Source: an uncultured Solirubrobacterales bacterium (GTDB taxonomy: Bacteria; Actinomycetota; Thermoleophilia; Solirubrobacterales; Solirubrobacteraceae). From it: DNA of 64,000 nt. Below, in pieces: positions 57,785 to 64,000 of the stretch. The notes below the pieces were generated by a model. That model did no database searches, had not been told where the DNA came from, and saw nothing but the letters and a program-made list of their open reading frames with translations. The stretch spans positions 652,792 through 716,791 of the forward strand of contig CAWFAB010000001.1 in NCBI GenBank assembly GCA_963813765.1. The letters are read 5' to 3'. Both the position numbers and the translations under genes were made by a program. How positions within the stretch are numbered: position 1 is the first letter of the stretch; each line of letters begins with the position of its first letter.

Positions 57785-58891
57785 GTGCTCTCGATCATCG
57801 CCACCAACCTGCGGCGCCGGCTCACCCGCACGCTCTTCACCGCCGCCGGGATCGCCGTCGGGATCGCCACGATCGTGGCGCTGCTCTCCTTCACCCAGGG
57901 GCTCAAAGAGACCGCCGCCGGGCTCGTCCACCTCGGCGGCTCGGACCTCGGCGTCTTCCAGGCCAACGTCTCCGATCCCACCGCCTCGATCCTCCCCGAA
58001 TCGCTCGTGGGGCGGCTCGCCAAGCAGCCCTACGTGGCCCGCGCCACGCCCCTGGTGCTGATGGTCGAATCCGTCAAGGGCGAACCCGGCGCGGTGGCCT
58101 TCGGCGCGGACCCCCGCGGCTTCTTCGCACAGAGCCTCGTGATCGTCGCCGGCGCCCGTCCGGCATCCCCCGAACGGGAAGCGCTCGTCGGCGACCGCCT
58201 CGCCGCGCGGCTGCACCTCGCCCCGGGCGTCCTGCTCACGGTCGCCGGGCGCCCCTACCGCGTCGCGGGCCTCTACCACTCCGGGATCCTCTTCGAGGAC
58301 GCCGGCGCCGTCCTCTCGCTCGCACAGGCCCGCCGGCTCGCGGGGCGCGCGGGGGAGGAGACCGACGTCGTGGTCACGCTCGCCCCCGGCGTCCGCGCGA
58401 GCGCGGCGGCGGGGACGATCGAACGGAGCCTCCCCGGCACCCAGGTGATCACCGACCCCGACCAGGCCCTGCGAGCGGGGGCCAACGGCACGCTGATCAC
58501 CAAGGCGATCCTCGTGATCGTGGTGATGGCGCTGATCGTGGGGGCGATCGGGGTCGCCAACACGATGGCGATGTCGATCGTGGAGCGCCAGGGGGAGCTC
58601 GGGCTGCTCAGCACCGTCGGCTGGTCGCCGCGGCGCGTGGCGACCCTCGTGATGGGGGAAGGGATCGCGGTCAGCATGTTGGGAGCCGCCGCGGGGCTGC
58701 TGGTCGGGGTGATCGGCGCCGATCTGCTCGTGCGCGCGCTCGGGGTGAGCTCCTACGTCTCGCCCTCCGTCACCGCCTGGGGCCTCGGGCGCGGCCTGCT
58801 CGTCGGCTTCGCGATCGGAGTCCTCGGCGGGATCTACCCCGCGTGGCGGGTCACCCGCATGCAGCCCCTCAAGGTCCTCGCGGGGACGTAG
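57785..58891 (+). CDS. ABC transporter permease, FtsX/MacB family
   Basis: RTLFT..GIAVG, NTMAMSIVERQGE.G, GIYPAWR. Confidence 0.9.
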   Translation: MLSIIATNLRRRLTRTLFTAAGIAVGIATIVALLSFTQGLKETAAGLVHLGGSDLGVFQANVSDPTASILPESLVGRLAKQPYVARATPLVLMVESVKGEPGAVAFGADPRGFFAQSLVIVAGARPASPEREALVGDRLAARLHLAPGVLLTVAGRPYRVAGLYHSGILFEDAGAVLSLAQARRLAGRAGEETDVVVTLAPGVRASAAAGTIERSLPGTQVITDPDQALRAGANGTLITKAILVIVVMALIVGAIGVANTMAMSIVERQGELGLLSTVGWSPRRVATLVMGEGIAVSMLGAAAGLLVGVIGADLLVRALGVSSYVSPSVTAWGLGRGLLVGFAIGVLGGIYPAWRVTRMQPLKVLAGT

Positions 58892-58898
58892 GGTGGCC

Positions 58899-59921
58899 CT
58901 ACAGCGGCCAGTAGTGGCCGATCTGCGCCGCCGCCCGTGACGTCAGCAGCTGCTCCGGGGCCGCCGTGCTCGCCTCGCCCTCGCCCCCCAGGGCCACCAT
59001 CGTCGCCTCCACGCACTCCACCAGCGTGCGCGGTTCGTAACCCCCCTCCAGCACCGCCCCCAGCGGCGCGCCCAGCGCCGCCGCCGCCTCGCGCACGTGG
59101 CGGGCCATCTCCGCGAAGGACTCCGTCTGCAGGCGGCACCCCGCCAGCGGGTCCCCCGCGTGGGCGTCGAACCCCGCCGAGATCAGCACCAGCTGCGGCG
59201 CGAACGCGCTCGCCGCGGGCAGCACCACGTGCTCCAGCAGCGACAGCCACAACTCTCCCTCCGAGCCCGCCGGCACCGGCAGGTTGATCGTGTAGCCCTC
59301 CCCCTCCCCCGAGCCCACATCTCCCAGGGGCCCGGTGCCCGGGAAGAGGCCCGACTGGTGGATGCTCGCGAACAGCACATCCCCGCGGCGCCGGAAGATC
59401 TCCGCCGTGCCGTTGCCGTGGTGCACATCCCAGTCCAGGATGAACACCCGCTCCACCCCCAGCTCCCGGATCGCGAGCTCCGCCGCGACCGCCACGTTGT
59501 CGAACAGGCAGAAGCCCATCGCCCGCTCCCGCTCCGCGTGGTGGCCCGAGGGCCGCACCCCGCAGAACCCCACCGTCGCCTCCCCCGCCAGCAGCGCCCT
59601 CGCCATCGCGCACGCCCCGCCCGCCGCGTGCAGCGCCGCGCGGTAGGACGCCTCCCCCACGAACGTGTCCGCGTCGATTTCCCCGCCCCCCGCCTCGCAC
59701 AGCTCGCGGATTCCCCGCACGTGGCGCGCGCTGTGCACCAGCTCGAGCTCCTCCTCCTTCGCCGCCGGGGCCGCCCGCCGCTCCCATCCCAGCCACCCGC
59801 GGCTCTCGAGGCGCCGCTCGATCGCCTCCAGGCGCTCCGGGGTGTCCGGGTGGCTCGGCATGTGCGCCCGCGGGTCGTGCTCCAGGCACGCCGGGTGGTG
59901 GAAGTAGAGGCCGAGGCTCAT
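58899..59921 (-). CDS. Histone deacetylase family protein
   Basis: HPDTPERL, RPSGHHA, GFCLF, DWDVHHGNGT, SAGFDAH, LEGGY. Confidence 0.93.
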   Translation of the reverse strand: MSLGLYFHHPACLEHDPRAHMPSHPDTPERLEAIERRLESRGWLGWERRAAPAAKEEELELVHSARHVRGIRELCEAGGGEIDADTFVGEASYRAALHAAGGACAMARALLAGEATVGFCGVRPSGHHAERERAMGFCLFDNVAVAAELAIRELGVERVFILDWDVHHGNGTAEIFRRRGDVLFASIHQSGLFPGTGPLGDVGSGEGEGYTINLPVPAGSEGELWLSLLEHVVLPAASAFAPQLVLISAGFDAHAGDPLAGCRLQTESFAEMARHVREAAAALGAPLGAVLEGGYEPRTLVECVEATMVALGGEGEASTAAPEQLLTSRAAAQIGHYWPL

Positions 59922-60035
59922 CCTCGCATTATCCGCCGATGCTCCCGGCCCGCTTCGACGCGGGGCACGGAGGCCCCGCGCGCACGCGCCCGGTTGCAGC
60001 CGGGACCCGCGCGGACGATCCCCAACCTCTACCCC

Positions 60036-61508
60036 TCAGTGCGCGAGCAGCGGCGGGCGACGGTGCTGCCAGCCCTCCGCCTCCTCCAGCTGCGCCGCCA
60101 GCGAGATCAGTCGCGACTCGCTGTTCGCCGGTCCCAGCAGTGAGGCTCCCAGCGGCAGGCCCTCGCTCGTGAGGCCCGCCGGCACGTTCACCCCCGGCCA
60201 CCCCAGCACGTTCCACGGCCACGCGTACGGGCACGCCCCCACCACCACCTTGTCCGTGTCCCAGTGTCCCAGGCCCTCGATCGCCCCGATCCGCTCCGGG
60301 GGCTTCGCGGTCGTCGGCGCCAGCACCACGTCCACCCGCCGGAAGATCCGTCCCACCTGGCGCTGCAGTGGACGCTCCAGCGCCTTCGCCAGCGCCAGCA
60401 CCGGCCCCCCGAAGAGGCGCCCCATGCGCGCGTTGTTCAGCGTGCGCTCATCCAGCAGCGAGGGGTCCGGGACGCGCCCCATCCACTCCCTCAGCCCCGC
60501 CATCGAGCGCGGCATGAACGTCAACCCGATCAGCCGGTACGCGGGGTCATCACGCACCACCTCGTGGCCCAGCCCCCGCAGCACCTCCGCCAGGCGCTCC
60601 ACCGCCGCGCGCACCCGCGCGTCCAGTCTCGCCGGCGCCAGGCTGAACGGGATTCGCAGCGACAGCCCGATCCGCAGGCGCCCCGGGTCTCGGCGCGCCG
60701 CTGTCGCGTACGGCTCCGCCGGCGCCGGCGGGCGGTGCAGGTCCCCCGGGTGGCTCCCGCTCAGCACGTCCAGCAGCAGCGCCCCGTCCGCCACCGTGCG
60801 CGTCAGCGGCCCCAGGCACGTCAGGCCGTGGAACGCCTCCGCGTCCGGCCACGTCGAGATCCGTCCCCGCTGCGGCTTGATCCCCACCAGGCCCGTCCAC
60901 GCCGCCGGGATCCGCACCGAGCCCGCCCCATCTGAGCCCACCGCCGCGCTCACCAATCCCGCCGCCACCGCCGCCGCCGCGCCCCCCGAGGAGCCCCCCG
61001 GGGTGTGCTCCAGACTCCACGGGTTCCGCGTCGCCCCGAACGCCGCGCCCTCCGTGAACGGCCACTGCCCCAGCTCCGGGGTGTTCGTCTTGCCCACGAT
61101 CACCGCCCCCGCCTCCCTCAGGCGACGCACCGCCTCGCAGTCCCGCGCCCGCGGCTCGAAGCTCCCGGGGCAGCCGAAGCGGCTCTCCTCGCCCTCGAGG
61201 TCCACGTCGTCCTTGATCGCCACCGGCACCCCCAGCAGCGGCGCGCGCTCCCCCGCCGCCCGGCGGCGGTCCGCCTCGAGCGCCTCCCCGCGCGCCTCCA
61301 CCGCGCGCACGCACCGGAACGCGTTCAGCGCCCCATCCGCCGCGGCGATCCGCTCCAGCGAGAGCTCCACCAGCTCCCGTGAGGACACCTCACCCGCCGC
61401 CAGCATCCGCGCGTGCTCCCCCGGGCCCGCGAACGCCAGCTCCCCCGCGGGGTCCCCCGCGGTCGCCTGGGTCCGCTCGAAGTCTCCCGCCCTCACAACA
61501 TCGCTCAT
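60036..61508 (-). CDS. Amidase signature family protein
   Basis: GVPVAIKD, GKTNTPE, GGSSGG, GSDGAGSVRIPA. Confidence 0.93.
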   Translation of the reverse strand: MSDVVRAGDFERTQATAGDPAGELAFAGPGEHARMLAAGEVSSRELVELSLERIAAADGALNAFRCVRAVEARGEALEADRRRAAGERAPLLGVPVAIKDDVDLEGEESRFGCPGSFEPRARDCEAVRRLREAGAVIVGKTNTPELGQWPFTEGAAFGATRNPWSLEHTPGGSSGGAAAAVAAGLVSAAVGSDGAGSVRIPAAWTGLVGIKPQRGRISTWPDAEAFHGLTCLGPLTRTVADGALLLDVLSGSHPGDLHRPPAPAEPYATAARRDPGRLRIGLSLRIPFSLAPARLDARVRAAVERLAEVLRGLGHEVVRDDPAYRLIGLTFMPRSMAGLREWMGRVPDPSLLDERTLNNARMGRLFGGPVLALAKALERPLQRQVGRIFRRVDVVLAPTTAKPPERIGAIEGLGHWDTDKVVVGACPYAWPWNVLGWPGVNVPAGLTSEGLPLGASLLGPANSESRLISLAAQLEEAEGWQHRRPPLLAH

Positions 61509-61566
61509 CGCTGCAACGATGACACGCCCGCCGCCCCCGTGCGGCATGGCGGCGTGCGGCCGTCGC

Positions 61567-61740
61567 TCACGGACCGGGGCCGCGCCGGCGGGAGGAGACG
61601 TACTCCTGGTTCTGGCTGCGCTCCCCCCGGATCTGGATCGCCAGGTACACCACGATCACGTTCACCACCACCCCGATCCCGATGAACGTGACGATCAGGC
61701 CCACATCCTTGCTGAAGGCTGCGCTCGCGGCGAGAAGCAT
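61567..61740 (-). CDS. Small single-pass membrane protein (57 aa, not in ORF track)
   Basis: MLLAASAAFSKDVGLIVTFIGIGVVVNVIVVYLAIQIRGERSQNQEY...; AGGA upstream of ATG. Confidence 0.55.
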   Translation of the reverse strand: MLLAASAAFSKDVGLIVTFIGIGVVVNVIVVYLAIQIRGERSQNQEYVSSRRRGPGP

Positions 61741-61847
61741 GTTTCCTAGCAGGGCTCCCGTTGGGTTGGACGATGCCCGCGGAGCCTACCAGCGGACCAC
61801 CCCTGAGTGTCGTAGCCTTACGGGAGCCGCCGAGCGTCACGATGGCT

Positions 61848-61937
61848 GGAGAGGTGCCGGAGCGGTTGAACGGGCGCGACTGGAAATCGCGTAACGGGGG
61901 TTGACCTCGTTCGAGGGTTCGAATCCCTCCCTCTCCG
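61848..61937 (+). tRNA. tRNA-Ser (GGA anticodon), CCA not encoded
   Basis: Acceptor GGAGAGG/CCTCTCC, anticodon arm CGCGA-CTGGAAA-TCGCG, long variable arm, GTTCGAATC T-loop. Confidence 0.96.
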
Positions 61938-61946
61938 TCCCCGAGG

Positions 61947-61981
61947 TGTTCACGTTTGAACGCGTCTTTTGTTCACGTTTG
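61947..61981. repeat. 12-bp direct repeat starting TGT, candidate transposon end
   Basis: tgttcacgtttg at 61947 and 61970, 9 bp after the tRNA. Confidence 0.65.
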
Positions 61982-62183
61982 GGTGGCGTTGGCGGTCTGG
62001 GTCCTGCCTGGGCCGGGGGCGCAACGCTGGCGGTGGCGTGGTGGGCCTGCTTGGGTGCTGTGTGCAGCATGGTGGGGTGGGCGGATGGACTTCCGGGTGC
62101 TTGAGGGCGTCGGGGACCGTGTGGTGTCGCCGGCGTTGTTGGAGGGTTCTTCTGGGTGCTGGCGATGGCCGGGTCGGCGGCTT

Positions 62184-63758
62184 TCAGGCCGGTGGTGCGT
62201 TGGCCTCGGCGAGGGGGTCGTGTAGTGTGCCTCGCCGTCGTCGGCGGCGTCTGCGTGGGGGCAGCCCGCACGCCTGCCGGCGGGCGTGCTCGGCCTCGCG
62301 GGCGTTGAAGGCGCCGGCCACGCGCTCGTTGCGCACGATGAACAGGCAAGCCAGGAAGAGTGAGGGGCCGGTGAGCCTCATCAGCCGGCACCATCCCCGC
62401 GAGATGTCGTTGGTGGCGGGGTCCTTGACGGTGGAGAATGTGCGCTCTGCGGCAGAGCGGCGGTTATAGGAGTGGCGGTGGGCCGCCGAGGGGTAGTCGT
62501 GCTTCTGCTGTGTCTTAGCGTTCACGGTGGCGGGCACGGTGATCGTTTGCTGCTGGCAGCACTTCGGCGGATGCTCGGGCGCTTGGAGTACCTGTGGGCG
62601 GGTGTGGGGCAGCTCCATCGATGAGGGGCGTAGTGGGCAGCGCAGCTTGCCCTGGGTGGCTGGGCAGGCGACGCGGTGGTAGCCGTCGTGGTCAGCGCTC
62701 GTGATCGGGCTGAGCTTGTAGCGGGAGAGCTCGGCGGTCTGCTGGTCGTGCGCGGTGATCTGCTCGGTGCTCGCGCCGGGCGAGAGCGGGCCGAGCTCCA
62801 GCAGCGCCTTTGGTGTGGCCGGGCAGTAGAGGTTGCCGTTTGTGAGGGTCGCCCCGTTGTGGGTGCCCTTCAGGCCGCGGTCGTTGGGGTGCAGGTCTTG
62901 GATGAGTGCTGCGCCCAGGCGCCGCAACGGCAGCGCCCAGCTCTCCGCTACGCGGTAGGCGTAGCCGGAGTCGGCGAGCACATCGGAAAGGGTGATGCCG
63001 GCGGCTGCCACGCGCTCGAGCACTCCCACGAACGCTGCCGGTGGGTCCACGTGGCAGGAGCTGAGGAGGATGCGCCGGGTGAGCTCTCCGATCTCGGGGC
63101 CATGCTCTTCTTTGACGATCGTGGCGGCCTGCAGGTAGTAGCCGTAGAAGGCCTCGTCCTTCTGGCCTGGCCCGTCGCCGCGGCGGTGCCCGTAGGAGGC
63201 CTCCGGGTCGGCGCAAACCGTGTCCTTCTCTGGCGTGTCTGCATCTGCGTTCTCTGAGAGCCCTTCAGCACCCTCGGCCTCGGCGCGTCTTTTGCGTGGG
63301 GGGCGCGACCATGTCTGGAGGTCGGTCTAGTCGACGGCGAGCGAGCTGCTCTCGGGAGCGCCGAGTGTTTGGACGCTTGCCTGCAGCAGTGCGTCCATGA
63401 CTTCGCAGAGCGCCTGGGAGGGCTCTCCGTCGGGCTCTGCCTTGCGGAGCGCCCTGACGATAAGCATGAAGGTGCGCTCGACTTGGCGGTAGGTGAGCAG
63501 GTGCGGGCCGTTCTTCCACTGGGTGAGCACGCCGAGCTGCCACTGCTGTTGTTCGGGCAGGCTCCTGAGTGCCTCGTGCACGCGGCGAAGGTGCGCCGGG
63601 CGGCCGTCTGAGAGCGCGGTGAGCATTCCCAGCAGCAGTGTGCGCACCGACAGCTGGCGGGGGCGCACGCCGATAGGCAGCATCGCCTCCACACGCGCGG
63701 GGACGCCTGAGGCGTCGATGATCGCCTGCAGGCGCCGTAGCCGATCACTCGCGTTCAA
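62184..63758 (-). pseudogene. DDE transposase (IS4/IS5/IS1182-like signature) with an in-frame stop at 63327 and a frameshift
   Basis: LAVD*TD, DPEASYG, FYGY, LADSGY, YNRRSAAERTFSTVK (YREK), Cys-containing insertion domain. Confidence 0.75.
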
Positions 63759-64000
63759 GGCGCCCCTCCCAGCAGTCTGAGGATCTCCCGCTCTGAGGGG
63801 TCGGGCAGGCAGGCCGCGATGTCACCCAGGCGCTGTGAGCAGCGCACGCCCGCGGCGGCCATGAACGCGTGAAGGCCGATCAGCCGCGCGGCCTCGGTGA
63901 GCCAGGTGGATCGCAGGCGCCCGGTATCCAGGCGTGGCAGCGAGGAGTCGCAGAACAGGGCCGCGATCTGAGCGGTCAGGTTCTTGCGCAGAGGATTCTC
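63755..64000 (-). CDS. C-terminus of a degenerate tyrosine-recombinase-like protein (partial)
   Basis: Hand translation ...LPRLDTGRLRSTWL..AARLIGLHAFMAAAGVRCSQRLGDI...; stop overlaps transposase TTG. Confidence 0.45.
   Translation of the reverse strand, partial: ENPLRKNLTAQIAALFCDSSLPRLDTGRLRSTWLTEAARLIGLHAFMAAAGVRCSQRLGDIAACLPDPSEREILRLLGGAP

Noticed and set aside
471..63780. Many long Arg/Ala/Pro-rich antisense or alternate-frame ORFs (e.g. 8217-11171, 32208-34979, 24351-26849)
   Set aside because: Shadow ORFs expected at very high GC; they overlap well-supported genes and have no motifs

Overview
High-GC actinobacterial DNA, probably Thermoleophilia/Solirubrobacterales (inferred from gene content). 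It has many single-base frameshifts, densest at about 12.0-19.4 kb, which look like long-read consensus errors. Left third: modBC, then a minus-strand operon of about 15 kb for an ethylbenzene-dehydrogenase/steroid-C25-dehydrogenase-like (DMSO reductase type II) Mo enzyme. It has two alpha subunits without Tat signals, one beta, one gamma and one delta chaperone. These are followed by a nitroreductase-like protein, a 4-TM protein, three ANL-fold (CoA-ligase-like) proteins and a U32 Fe-S protein. A blue-copper lipoprotein gene carries an identical promoter/operator block, next to a GAF-LuxR regulator and a Moco biosynthesis cluster. Middle: amidohydrolase, korAB-glnK-amtB, a GMC oxidoreductase module, and a TetR-controlled operon (Adc-fold protein, acyl-CoA dehydrogenase, acetone carboxylase beta and a fused alpha-gamma subunit). 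Next is a small accessory island (gene relic, RelE/XRE toxin-antitoxin pair, IS-end-like scar, lower-GC Cys-repeat surface protein). Right: class II GATase, S1P-lyase-like enzyme and FGGY kinase, assorted housekeeping genes, an SNF2 helicase and tRNA-Ser(GGA). Directly after the tRNA is a two-gene mobile element (degenerate tyrosine-recombinase-like protein plus DDE transposase) cut by the window edge. Short tandem and gene-start micro-duplications occur throughout. All calls come from motif reading only; no database searches were run.
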